This document shows positions 18,063 to 27,692 of a DNA stretch of 38,275 nt, one piece after another. Location of the stretch: positions 1-38,275 of the forward strand of contig DASYNM010000413.1 of NCBI GenBank assembly GCA_036008545.1, in the 5' to 3' direction. The notes below the pieces were generated by a model, which made no database searches, was not told the DNA's origin, and saw nothing but the letters and a program-made list of their open reading frames with translations. Position numbers and translations under genes: made by a program. Within the stretch, counting starts at the first letter, position 1; every line of letters begins with the position of its first letter. The stretch is from Verrucomicrobiia bacterium (GTDB lineage: Bacteria > Verrucomicrobiota > Verrucomicrobiia > Limisphaerales > Palsa-1400).

Positions 18063-21047
18063 TTGAAAGCTCCAATACACATCGCAGTACTGGCCATTGT
18101 GCTTGGGTGTCTTACTACCACGGCCCAGACAACGATCTTCGACGAAAACTTTGACGGCGGTTACGCGGGAGCTTTCAGCACCTCCTCGTATGGAGGCGGC
18201 AGCCCCACGGGCACTTCGACCACTGTGCCGACGAGTGGCGGAAACCCGAACGGCTGCCTTGAGGTGACGATGACAACAACAACAGGCAGTGATTATTACG
18301 CCGGACAGGCGCAGTTGGCGACGGTTTCCGGGAACACAGATCCGAATGCAGCGGACTACACGTTGTCCTTCGATGCCTACGGCAGCCAGGCGGCTAACGT
18401 CCAGTTTTCCATTCAAACCTGGCCGAATGACTATTTCGGCGGCACGGGGCCGGTTATAAACGCGACGGTCAACGACCAGTTGACCGCAGCCAATACCTGG
18501 CAGACGTTCAAGGTAAATTTGGGCACCATCACGAGTGCCAGCCCAACCGGCGCAACCTGGCAGTTGTCCTTCGAGCTTGGTGCATGGCAATGGGGCGGCG
18601 CCGGTGTTACGGATACGCTGAGAATCGACAATATTGTTCTCACCCGTCTTGGCAACAACATCGTGCTGACGTCCTCGGCCAACCCTTCAGCCTTCGACAC
18701 AGGCGTCAGATTTACGGCCACGGTGGTGACCAATGGCGTCACGGCCAGCAATGCCACCGGCCAAGTAATATTTTCTTATGTCGGCGGCCCGTTTAGTACC
18801 AACACGGTTAGTGGCGGAGGCGCCACCAGTTCCTCCATTTCCAACCTGGCTGTGGGCACGGACACCATCACCGGCGTTTACTCCGAGGGGAATTATCCAG
18901 CCTGCACCAACACCCTCGACCAAGTCGTCAACCCGCCCTCGAGCTCAGGCATTGCTGAATCGAATCTCCCGATTTATACCGACAATCTGGTCAATGGCTT
19001 CCAAAATTGGAGTTGGGCGACGGTGAATCTGGAAAACTTCAATCCGCCTCCGCATTCCGGCACGTATTCCATCAGTGTCAACGATGGCGGCTACCAGGCG
19101 CTTGTGTTTCATGGCCCTGATTTCAACACCAGCCCCTACACCAGTCTCAGTTTTTGGATCAATGGAGGTTCGGGAGGCCAACGTGTGCAGGTCGCGGCAT
19201 TGCTTGACGGCAGTAATCAGGTGGCCCATGCCCTGACGCCTTTGTCAACCAACGGCTGGCAACAAATCATCATTCCGCTGTCCTCACTGGATGTGGCCAA
19301 CAAGCAAAACTTTGATGGCTTTTGGATTCAAGGCAACGTTGTCGGCGGGCAACCCACATTTTATGTCGATGACGTTGAGTTAGTGCCCGCGCCCGAGCCT
19401 GCCGTAGTTCACTTGGGTGTCGATGCGGGGCAAGCGTTGGAGACAGTGGATGCGCGCCAATTCGGACTCAACACGGCAACATGGGACGGCAGCCTCGGCG
19501 ATTCACAGACGCTGCCGATGCTCGAAGAAATCGGTTGCATGAACTTGCGCTGGCCGGGCGGCTCGACTTCGGACGCCTATGACTGGGCCAGCGACGAAAC
19601 CGGCAATTCCACCTTCCGCTATATCGCCACCAATCTGGGCGCGCAAGTGTTCACTACTGTCAACTACGGCAGCGGTACGGCCAGCGAGGCGGCCGCCTGG
19701 GTGCTTTCGGCCAACAAAACCAACGCCTGCGGTTTTAAATACTGGGAGGTTGGCAATGAGTGTTACGGCTCGTGGGAAACCGACGACCACGCGATTCCTC
19801 ACGATCCCTACACCTATGCCACCAACGCGATTGATTACATTAAACTGATGAAGACCGCTTACCCGTCGGTACCCATCAAGGTCGGCGTCGTCGTTGTGCC
19901 AGGTGAGGGAAGCTTCTCCAACAATGCCACCCATTTTGCCGTCAATCCGATCACCGGCACGACCAATTATGGCTGGACGCCCATCGTGTTGTCCGAGATG
20001 AAACGCCTCGGCGTCCTGCCCGATTTCCTCATCTATCACTTTTACTGGCAATACACCACAGCCGGTTGGGTTTACTACGATGACTCGCCCGACAGCGATC
20101 CCCTGCTCCTACAAGTTGCGGGCAATCCGAGTCCATCGACTTGGAGTGATTGGAATAGCGCCGCCGCCAGCTTGCGGCAGCAAATTACCGATTACATCGG
20201 GTCCGCAGGCTCGAACATCGAGTTGTGCGTGACTGAAAACAACAGCGATGCGGGCGAAATGGGCCGGCAATCCACCAGCCTGGTCAACGCGCTTTATCTG
20301 GCCGACAGCACTTGCCAGCTTATGAAAACGGAAATCAGATCCTACATCTGGTGGGACTTGCATAATGGACCGGATTCGGACGGCGATTTCGACCCGACCA
20401 TCTATGGCTGGCGGACCAATGGCGATTACGGAATTTTGGATCCGTCCAACGTTCCCTATCCCACCTTCTACGCTGAAAAACTGCTCCAATACTTTGCGCG
20501 GCCCGGCGATTCCGTCCTCAACGGCATGAGCGACAATCTCTTGCTTTCCGCCTACGCCGTGCGCCGCACCAACGGCGCCCTCACGATGCTTGTCATCAAC
20601 AAGGACATGACCGCGAACGTGAGCGGGCAAATCGCATTGACAAATTTTACGCCGTGGACGACCGCCACCATTCAATCCTACGGCATCCCGCAAGATCAGG
20701 CGGCGGAAAACAACGAGAGCTCCGCTTTGCAGGATATCGCGACGACGAACTTCGCGGCGGCCAGCACAAACTTCACTTATGCGTTTCCGCCACTATCCCT
20801 GACGCTCTTCACCTTTGCGCCCGCCCTTGCGGAGCTTTCCGTACTGCAAGTCCAGCCCACACAAGTGCAACTTCAACTTCAAGGTCAAGCCGGCACGCCC
20901 TACGTCGTTCAAAGCTCGACGAATTTGAATTCAAGCACATGGACGCCCGTTGCCACCAACACGCTGTCCGGCGGTACGGCGACCATCAACATTCCTGTTT
21001 CTGCGGGTACGCCGGAGCAATTTTACCGCGCCGTGTGGCAGCCGTGA
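18063..21047 (+). CDS. Secreted multidomain glycoside hydrolase. It has an N-terminal CBM-like module, an Ig-like domain, a second CBM-like module, a clan GH-A TIM-barrel catalytic domain and a C-terminal beta-sandwich-like tail.
   Basis: A TTG start is followed by the signal peptide MKAPIHIAVLAIVLGCLTTTAQT. An Ig-like segment is present (IVLTSSANPSAFDTGVRFTATV...TDTITGVYSEGNY). LRWPGGSTSDAYDW and YWEVGNECYGSWE are typical of GH-A families such as GH51, GH79 and GH30, where the GNE glutamate is the acid/base. ELCVTENN is a candidate nucleophile strand. I cannot assign the exact GH family by eye. Confidence 0.75.
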   Translation: MKAPIHIAVLAIVLGCLTTTAQTTIFDENFDGGYAGAFSTSSYGGGSPTGTSTTVPTSGGNPNGCLEVTMTTTTGSDYYAGQAQLATVSGNTDPNAADYTLSFDAYGSQAANVQFSIQTWPNDYFGGTGPVINATVNDQLTAANTWQTFKVNLGTITSASPTGATWQLSFELGAWQWGGAGVTDTLRIDNIVLTRLGNNIVLTSSANPSAFDTGVRFTATVVTNGVTASNATGQVIFSYVGGPFSTNTVSGGGATSSSISNLAVGTDTITGVYSEGNYPACTNTLDQVVNPPSSSGIAESNLPIYTDNLVNGFQNWSWATVNLENFNPPPHSGTYSISVNDGGYQALVFHGPDFNTSPYTSLSFWINGGSGGQRVQVAALLDGSNQVAHALTPLSTNGWQQIIIPLSSLDVANKQNFDGFWIQGNVVGGQPTFYVDDVELVPAPEPAVVHLGVDAGQALETVDARQFGLNTATWDGSLGDSQTLPMLEEIGCMNLRWPGGSTSDAYDWASDETGNSTFRYIATNLGAQVFTTVNYGSGTASEAAAWVLSANKTNACGFKYWEVGNECYGSWETDDHAIPHDPYTYATNAIDYIKLMKTAYPSVPIKVGVVVVPGEGSFSNNATHFAVNPITGTTNYGWTPIVLSEMKRLGVLPDFLIYHFYWQYTTAGWVYYDDSPDSDPLLLQVAGNPSPSTWSDWNSAAASLRQQITDYIGSAGSNIELCVTENNSDAGEMGRQSTSLVNALYLADSTCQLMKTEIRSYIWWDLHNGPDSDGDFDPTIYGWRTNGDYGILDPSNVPYPTFYAEKLLQYFARPGDSVLNGMSDNLLLSAYAVRRTNGALTMLVINKDMTANVSGQIALTNFTPWTTATIQSYGIPQDQAAENNESSALQDIATTNFAAASTNFTYAFPPLSLTLFTFAPALAELSVLQVQPTQVQLQLQGQAGTPYVVQSSTNLNSSTWTPVATNTLSGGTATINIPVSAGTPEQFYRAVWQP

Positions 21048-21065
21048 TCCATCAGGGTTTGGTGT

Positions 21066-21085
21066 CATCCTCGGTTAAGGGGATG
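21066..21085 (+). terminator. Weak candidate terminator hairpin in the convergent gap after the glycoside hydrolase
   Basis: catcctc (21066-21072) pairs with ggggatg (21079-21085). The stem is 7 bp including one G-U wobble, and the loop is ggttaa. It is followed by ctttgtct. Confidence 0.2.
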
Positions 21086-21144
21086 CTTTGTCTGCAATCA
21101 AAAATGCGTTCAAACACCAAGCGCGAGGGCCGGTCAGTTTTCCA

Positions 21145-24100
21145 TCATTGCGTTTGGAGAATGTAGAAGCGGCTCGGAAGCTCCGCGCTTACCGTGTTGG
21201 AAACCGTGATGGAGAAATTCCCGCTGGCGCTCAATAGATTGGTGGCCACCGGCGTCCATTGGCTCAGCGCCAGGGCCAGGTTCGTGCTGGTCAGCACAAC
21301 GTAGGAATTGCCTGATACCCCGTTCACTCCGTCAATCACAAGATTTGCCCCTACCACGCTCACGCTCGTGATGTCGGGCAGGCTCGGGTAAACACTGATG
21401 TCGTCCAAGCCGAGAAAACTCGGGATGTCCAGGAAACCGAATTCCAACAGCGTGTTCGTGCCCGTCGCCGAAACCTTGAATTGCAAGTTGGTCCATCCGC
21501 CACTCGCGGGGAGATTGGTTTGGTTAAAGATTGCCGTTCCATTCCACGACACTTGAAACGCATTCGGAGTCAATCCGTCGGGGCTGTAGAGCCATAAGGA
21601 AAGCAGATATGGCTCGCCAGCCGTCGTCGCTAGCGTTTGCGAAAGATACGTAATGTTGGTGGCCCCCAGAACCGCATAATAATTCCCAGAATGCGGATAA
21701 ACCCCCTCGATGGTGTTGGTGACAAAATTATCCGCCAGATCTCCGCCGAACAAATTCCAACCCGTGAAATCGCCGGTTTCAAACCCGCCATTTTCGACCA
21801 GCCCCAAATACACCGGCACCGGCGTTACCGTGATCGAAATCGCCCCTCCGGCGACCGGCACGCCCGCGCTGTTGGTTTCCACCACTGCCGCCGTGAAATG
21901 GCCGAACGCCGTGTAAGTATGCGACGGATTTTGCGCCGCGCTCGTCGAACCGTCCCCGAAGTTCCAATTCCAATTCACCACCGAATTGCTTTCGCTATCG
22001 ACTCCCGCCGCCGTGAAATTCACTGGCAACGGGACAGGGCCGCTGCTCGGATGGGCCGCGATGCTGATGCCTGTCAATTCCTTCGTGGGGGCAGTCCCGA
22101 AGGTCGAGCCCCACCCGGTTGCGCCCGGCAAATAGTAAACCGTCACAGCGCTATCGCTGACGAACACTGTCCCGTCATCCGGCGGACCATTGCCCTCGAA
22201 ATAGGCCGCCGTCAGGCCGCTGTTGCAGTAAGCAAACGCATAATCTCCCACGCTTGCCACCGAGCTCGGAATGACGATGGTGTTCAGCGCGGTGCAATCG
22301 TAAAATGCGGAAGACCCGATGGTCGTCAGGCTAGCTGGGAAATTAATATTGCTCAGCACATAACAACTCTCGAAAGCAGCCGCCCCAATCGAAGTCAGCC
22401 CGTCCGCAATGAAAACGCTGCCCAGGTCGGTGCAGTTGAAGAATCCAAGAGACTCGATGTTGGTCACGCTCCCCGGGATCGCCACGCTAATGAGTTGGCA
22501 TTGCTCGAACGCCAACGAACCAATGTCCCCGACGCCGCTAGGAACGCTAAAGCTACCCGTCGGGCCGCATGGAAATTCGATAAGAAGGGTCCCAGTCTTG
22601 TTGTACAACACGCCGTTCACGCCGCTAAAATCCGGATTTCCCGCCGCCACCGCGATGGACGCCATGTTGTAACAGTCTGCGAAGGGAACCTGCCCGAGGA
22701 TGGTGACGCTGGCCGGGATGAGAATGCCGGTGAGACCGTTGTCTTGAGCGAAGGCCTCGTCGCCAATGCTGGTGACACCTTCCGGAATGGTGACGCCGGT
22801 CAGCAGGCTGCAACTCTCGAAGGAGTAATTCCCGATGCTCATCACATTGGTTGGAATAGTGATGCTGACCAGCTTGCAGTCCTCAAACGCCGTGTCCCCG
22901 ATGCTGGTGACGCTGTTGGATATGGTATATGACGTTGCCATGGCACCGTCTGGATATTCCACCAGCTCCGTCAAAGTTTTGTTGTACAAGACTCCGCCCG
23001 CGCTCGTGTAGGCCGGGTTGGCGGGATCGACCATGATCGCCGGCAGAAAATTGCAATACAGAAACGCCGCCTCGCCAATGTTGGTCACCGAAGCGGGTAT
23101 GGTCACGTTCGTCAAGCCATTGCCGAAAAATGCATATTGCCCGAGGCTTGTCACGGTGTCCGGAATCGGCAGGCTGTCCAGATCGGGACACGAGGCAAAC
23201 GCGTAGTCGCCAATGTTCGTGACGGCGCCCTCAATCGTCACCGAGCTCAGAGCGAAGCAGTCTTCGAACATTCCCATTCCAATGTTGGTGACGCCTGCCG
23301 AAATCGTCACCGAGGCCATGATAGTGCAGGAACTGAACGCGTAATCCCCGAGGTTCGTGATGCTGTTCGGCATCGTGACGCTCGTCACGGTGCTGGCATT
23401 GGCGAACGCTGACTGTCCTATGCCCGTCACGGCCAGGCCGGTAATCGTCGCGGGGATATTCACCGTGCCGCCCGATCCCGTGTAGCCAGTAATCGTGATG
23501 CTCCCCGCGTTGGTTACAAAAGTGAAATCTGACGCCGGCGTTGCTGCTTCCGTGTAGGTGCCCGAGGTCGAGTTCGTGGCGTCGGCGCTGACGGAAACCA
23601 TTTCGTTGCTCGGCGTGCTCCAACCATTGACCGTTTTGAAACTCACTGTGTGCGAGCCGACCGACAAGCCTACAACGATCGCCGCGCTCGGCTGAAGGAC
23701 CCCGCCATCCACCTGCCATTGCGCACCGGACATCACCGCCCCGGCCGGCATGATGGTCACTTGCAACGCGCCATTCGGACTTGGCTCGTCCTCGATCTCG
23801 GTCGTGAGGCCCTCAAACGTTGGGCCCCATCCGCTCGTTCCGGCCATGTAATAAATCGTTGCGCTCTCGCCTAGGAATGACGAATCCGACGTAGGCTCGT
23901 TGCCTTCGAAATAGACGCTGACCAAGCCGTCATAGGCGAAAGCATAGATCGGAAGACTCGTGACAGTGGCTGGAATTGTCACGGTCGCCAGTTTGGGGCA
24001 GTCAGCAAACGCAGTATCGCCAATGATGCTAACGCCGTTGGACATCGTCACATTGGTGAGGCTGCCGCAGCCTTGCAATGAATTGATGCCAATACTCCTG

Positions 24101-25191
24101 ACGCTGCCGGGAATAATAACATCGGTGAGGATACAACCCTCGAAGGCATTGTCCGCGATGCTCGTGACACTGCTGGGTACGGTATAGCCAGCCGTATAGC
24201 CGGGCGGAAATTGTATCAGCGTCGTTTGGTTCTTGTCGAAGACCACGCCGTTGAGAGAGCTAAAGGTAGTGTTGCTTGGATTTACGTTGATGGCCGTCAA
24301 CTGCTCACAGCCTCCGAAAACCGCCGTGGAAAGGGAGTTCACACCGGCCCCCAACGTTACGTTGGTCAACCCGTCACAATCAGAGAACGCGCCGTACTCA
24401 AGGGTTGTGACGCTGGGAGGAAACGTTACATCGGTCAGACCGTCGCACAAAAAGAAGGCGTCCGTCTCCACCGTCAAAACCCCGGTCGGTATCGTGTAGC
24501 TTCCGTCGAGTCCCGCCGGATACACCAGCAACGTCGTCTCGTTTTTGTCGAACAACACACCGCCCACGCTGGTGAAAGCTGGATTTCCCGCCGCCACCGT
24601 GATGGCCGGCAGGTGATCGCAATTAATGAACACATCCGGCCCGATGCTCGTGACGCTGTCGGGAAGGGTTATGTTGGTCAGATCGAAGCAAAATCCAAAT
24701 CCCTGGGACGCGATGTTCGTCACCGTATCGGGAATCGTCACGCCGCTCAAATAGTAGCACGCCGAAAAGGCGCTTGCCCCTATGCTCGTCACGGTCCCGG
24801 GGATCGTGTAACTCCCGCTCAGACCGGGCGGATACTCCACCAGCGTCGTCCCGCTCTTGTTGAACAACACACCGCCGGCGCTGCTATAGGCCGGGTTGTT
24901 GGAATCCACCGTGAAATTTGTCAGCAAGGTATTGGGCGCGAACTCCTGCGCCTGAATATTCGTCACCGTGTCGGAAATGGCGACGCTCGTAATCCCCTTG
25001 TCTTCGAAGCCGGAGCCTTGAATCTCCGTTACCGGCAGCCCGCCTAGCGTGGGCGGAATGGTCACGGCCCCGCCCGGCCCGTCGTAGCCCGTAATGATGA
25101 TCGTATCATTATTGGTGATAAATTCGAATTGCGCGTGCGCCGCCGAAGCGGTCAGCAACAGCAGCACCAAAAATAGCCGATTTGTGTTCAT
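21145..25191 (-). CDS. Giant secreted BspA-like leucine-rich-repeat (LRR_5-type) protein with Ig-like, PKD, CBM-like and C-terminal tail domains
   Basis: There is a signal peptide (MNTNRLFLVLLLLTASAAHAQ). Dozens of roughly 23-aa repeats of the form IPxSVTSIGxxAFxxCxxLTxVT fall in two large blocks (residues about 21-462 and about 555-1032). Each block opens with FxFxTNxxxIxITGYxGxGGxVxIP and closes with YFEGNxP...YYxxGxxGWG. The PKD motif is NWNWNFGDGSTSAAQNPSHTY. The CBM-like module is VENGGFETGDFTGW. On the minus strand an AGGAGG lies 11 nt upstream of the ATG. Confidence 0.9.
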   Translation of the reverse strand: MNTNRLFLVLLLLTASAAHAQFEFITNNDTIIITGYDGPGGAVTIPPTLGGLPVTEIQGSGFEDKGITSVAISDTVTNIQAQEFAPNTLLTNFTVDSNNPAYSSAGGVLFNKSGTTLVEYPPGLSGSYTIPGTVTSIGASAFSACYYLSGVTIPDTVTNIASQGFGFCFDLTNITLPDSVTSIGPDVFINCDHLPAITVAAGNPAFTSVGGVLFDKNETTLLVYPAGLDGSYTIPTGVLTVETDAFFLCDGLTDVTFPPSVTTLEYGAFSDCDGLTNVTLGAGVNSLSTAVFGGCEQLTAINVNPSNTTFSSLNGVVFDKNQTTLIQFPPGYTAGYTVPSSVTSIADNAFEGCILTDVIIPGSVRSIGINSLQGCGSLTNVTMSNGVSIIGDTAFADCPKLATVTIPATVTSLPIYAFAYDGLVSVYFEGNEPTSDSSFLGESATIYYMAGTSGWGPTFEGLTTEIEDEPSPNGALQVTIMPAGAVMSGAQWQVDGGVLQPSAAIVVGLSVGSHTVSFKTVNGWSTPSNEMVSVSADATNSTSGTYTEAATPASDFTFVTNAGSITITGYTGSGGTVNIPATITGLAVTGIGQSAFANASTVTSVTMPNSITNLGDYAFSSCTIMASVTISAGVTNIGMGMFEDCFALSSVTIEGAVTNIGDYAFASCPDLDSLPIPDTVTSLGQYAFFGNGLTNVTIPASVTNIGEAAFLYCNFLPAIMVDPANPAYTSAGGVLYNKTLTELVEYPDGAMATSYTISNSVTSIGDTAFEDCKLVSITIPTNVMSIGNYSFESCSLLTGVTIPEGVTSIGDEAFAQDNGLTGILIPASVTILGQVPFADCYNMASIAVAAGNPDFSGVNGVLYNKTGTLLIEFPCGPTGSFSVPSGVGDIGSLAFEQCQLISVAIPGSVTNIESLGFFNCTDLGSVFIADGLTSIGAAAFESCYVLSNINFPASLTTIGSSAFYDCTALNTIVIPSSVASVGDYAFAYCNSGLTAAYFEGNGPPDDGTVFVSDSAVTVYYLPGATGWGSTFGTAPTKELTGISIAAHPSSGPVPLPVNFTAAGVDSESNSVVNWNWNFGDGSTSAAQNPSHTYTAFGHFTAAVVETNSAGVPVAGGAISITVTPVPVYLGLVENGGFETGDFTGWNLFGGDLADNFVTNTIEGVYPHSGNYYAVLGATNITYLSQTLATTAGEPYLLSLWLYSPDGLTPNAFQVSWNGTAIFNQTNLPASGGWTNLQFKVSATGTNTLLEFGFLDIPSFLGLDDISVYPSLPDITSVSVVGANLVIDGVNGVSGNSYVVLTSTNLALALSQWTPVATNLLSASGNFSITVSNTVSAELPSRFYILQTQ

Positions 25192-25387
25192 GCGTAATTT
25201 GGCCTCCTGAGAGCGACGCGAACAGGGTTGGGTTCAGTAAACTTGTCCTCCGCCGCACGCTGATTAGAGACCGACAGAAGCTTTTAGTCAATCCAATTCT
25301 TAGTTTGCATCGCGCAGATTGTGGAATTCTATCGAGGAAATGGTTCCGGTCTTGCTAAACTGTTTTCGTCGAAAGAGAATTTAGCTC

Positions 25388-27673
25388 ATGTCATCATCCT
25401 TGCTCGGCGCCGCAGTCTTAGGCTTGACTATTTGTGCCAGTCTCGGCGCAGAGTTCACACCGGCAACGCAGCAATTTCAACAAGAAGTCGCGCGGCACTT
25501 CACTGGTCTTGATGGCGCTCCAACGGGTCCGGTGCAATTGGTCGAATGCGCGCCTGATGGCGTTGTCCGGGCCTTTGCCGCCGGGCAGTGGTTCGAGTTT
25601 CGATCTGGACACTGGAATCTGAATGCAGCCTTGCGCCCCCAGAACGACAGCCAATTCGTATTTGCCGGCGAGTCGGGACAACCACTTGAGGTGAACATTC
25701 CCTGGCGCGAAGTTCGGCAAATCCTGCGCTTCGGAGTGACGAATTGGGTGGTCACGCCGCATCTCTGTCTCCGCGTGCGTGAAGGCGGGGAGAGTGTTGC
25801 GCAGCCGTTGCCCAAGAGCACGGAAATTCGGCAGATGGCGCTTTCACCTCGCGGCGTCCTCCACGCGGCTTCCAGCGACGGGCTTCTGGCACTTGACGGC
25901 AGCGGATGGAAGCCAGTCGAAGTTCTCGATGGCCTCGGACGAGCTTGGGCGGTTGAGAATGTGCTCGGTGTCGCGTTCGACTCCTCAAGACGAATGTGGG
26001 TCGCCTGCAAAGCTGGCGTCGCTTGCCAGGTAGCGAAGGGGTGGCAATTCTACGAAGGCAAGGACGGTTTGCCTTGGAACGATTTTACCGGCATCTCGCC
26101 GGGTACAGATGGAAAAGTTTGGTTCACGACGCATGGCGGCGTTATTCGATTTGATGGCAGCGAATGGCAGTACCGCCAAGGCCCGCGCTGGCTTCCCAAC
26201 GATGACGTGGCCCAGGCAGCCGCGGATGCTCAAGGCAACGCCTGGTTTGCCACCACCGCCGGCATAGGCTGCATCGAACGCCGGCCGATGACGCTGGCAG
26301 AGAAAGCCGAGTTCTACGAGGGAGAGATCGAGCGTTATATAAAACGCACGCCGTTCGGCTACGTCGCCGCGGCACCGTTGAGCAAGCCCGGGGACAAAAC
26401 AAGCGCACATCCCCAGGATGACGATAACGACGGACTTTGGACATCCATGTACGGCGCGGGCGAGTGTTTCGCGTACGCGGCCACCAAGGATCCGAAAGCC
26501 AAAGAGCGGGCGAAACATGCGTTCGAGGCTTTGCGCTTTCTGCAAAAAGTAACGCAAGGCTGCGAGCATGCGCCGCCCAAAGGCTACATCGCCCGCACCA
26601 TCCGCCCTGTCGATTGGCCCGACCCCAACATTGGTCGGATCGAAAGCGACCGGCAAGAACAGCAGCACGACAAGTTATGGAAAGCGTATGAACCGCGCTG
26701 GCCCAAGAGCGCAGATGGCAAATGGTTTTGGAAGTCGGACACCAGTAGCGACGAATTGGACGGCCATTATTTTTTCTATCCGCTCTATTACGATTTGTGC
26801 GCCGACACGGAGGCCGAGCGCGAGCGCGTTCGTGAAGTCGTGCGCGATGTGACCGACCATTTGCTTACACACGATTTCCTGCTGATCGATCACGACGGCA
26901 AGCCGACGCGTTGGGGTGTCTATGGTCCGCAATACCTTAACCGTGATCCATTCTGGTGGGGAGATCGCGGGCTGAAATCACTGAGCATGCTCAGCTATCT
27001 GGCCGTCGCCGAACACGTCACAGGCGACCTGAAATACGCGGCCGCGTCGCGCGAGCTGATCGATCACGATGGTTACGCGCAAAATGCGATGTATCCAAAA
27101 GTTCAGAACGGACCTGGTTCGGGCAACCAATCGGACGACGAGATGGCCTTCATGTGTTTCTACGGAGTGCTGCGCTATTCGAAGGACGATGAGTTGAAAA
27201 CCTTGATGCGCGCATCCTTCTACCGCTATTGGCTGAACGAAGCGCCGGAGATGAACCCGTTCTTCAACTTCACCTACGCCGCTCTCAATCTGGGGGCGTC
27301 CGCCACAAATCCGTGGGGAAGTTTCTCCATCAAGCCATGGCCAGGCTGGCATGAGGATGCCATGGCCACGCTCTACGGATTCCCTCTCGACCGGTTGAAC
27401 TGGCCGATGCACAACAGCCATCGCCTCGATGTTCTCCTCCTGCCGCCGGTTCGCGCGAGCGAATTGGATTCCGACGAGCAAGGTCCACGGCGGGGAAATC
27501 GAGTCAACGACAAAGTGCTGCCGGTGGAAAACCGCCATTTCAATCATTGGAACACCGATCCCTGGGAGCTCGATTACGGCGGCGATGGCAACGAACTAGC
27601 GCCCGGCACCGTTTTTCTTCTGCCGTACTACATGGGGCTCTACTACGGGTTCATCCAAAAACCCAATCCATGA
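25388..27673 (+). CDS. Secreted protein of unknown function. It has N-terminal Reg_prop-like beta-propeller repeats and a C-terminal, mostly helical (alpha/alpha-toroid-like) domain.
   Basis: The signal peptide is MSSSLLGAAVLGLTICASLGA. Propeller-like segments are RRMWVACKAGVACQVAKGWQFY, DGKVWFTTHGGVIRFDGSEWQY and QGNAWFATTAGIGCIE. The C-terminal half is rich in W/Y/D motifs (DNDGLWTSMYGAGECFAYA, SSDELDGHYFFYPLYYDL, GKPTRWGVYGP), which suggests a carbohydrate-active fold. I recognise no family. Confidence 0.6.
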   Translation: MSSSLLGAAVLGLTICASLGAEFTPATQQFQQEVARHFTGLDGAPTGPVQLVECAPDGVVRAFAAGQWFEFRSGHWNLNAALRPQNDSQFVFAGESGQPLEVNIPWREVRQILRFGVTNWVVTPHLCLRVREGGESVAQPLPKSTEIRQMALSPRGVLHAASSDGLLALDGSGWKPVEVLDGLGRAWAVENVLGVAFDSSRRMWVACKAGVACQVAKGWQFYEGKDGLPWNDFTGISPGTDGKVWFTTHGGVIRFDGSEWQYRQGPRWLPNDDVAQAAADAQGNAWFATTAGIGCIERRPMTLAEKAEFYEGEIERYIKRTPFGYVAAAPLSKPGDKTSAHPQDDDNDGLWTSMYGAGECFAYAATKDPKAKERAKHAFEALRFLQKVTQGCEHAPPKGYIARTIRPVDWPDPNIGRIESDRQEQQHDKLWKAYEPRWPKSADGKWFWKSDTSSDELDGHYFFYPLYYDLCADTEAERERVREVVRDVTDHLLTHDFLLIDHDGKPTRWGVYGPQYLNRDPFWWGDRGLKSLSMLSYLAVAEHVTGDLKYAAASRELIDHDGYAQNAMYPKVQNGPGSGNQSDDEMAFMCFYGVLRYSKDDELKTLMRASFYRYWLNEAPEMNPFFNFTYAALNLGASATNPWGSFSIKPWPGWHEDAMATLYGFPLDRLNWPMHNSHRLDVLLLPPVRASELDSDEQGPRRGNRVNDKVLPVENRHFNHWNTDPWELDYGGDGNELAPGTVFLLPYYMGLYYGFIQKPNP

Positions 27674-27692
27674 GCTTGCCTGTTAGCAGAAT

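Noticed and set aside
21637-25047. Long + strand ORFs inside the LRR gene (21637-22932, 431 aa; 24211-25047, 278 aa)
   Set aside because: Their translations are Arg/Gly/Asp/His-rich and low in complexity, with no domains. They are fully contained in and antisense to a gene with unmistakable periodic LRR repeats.
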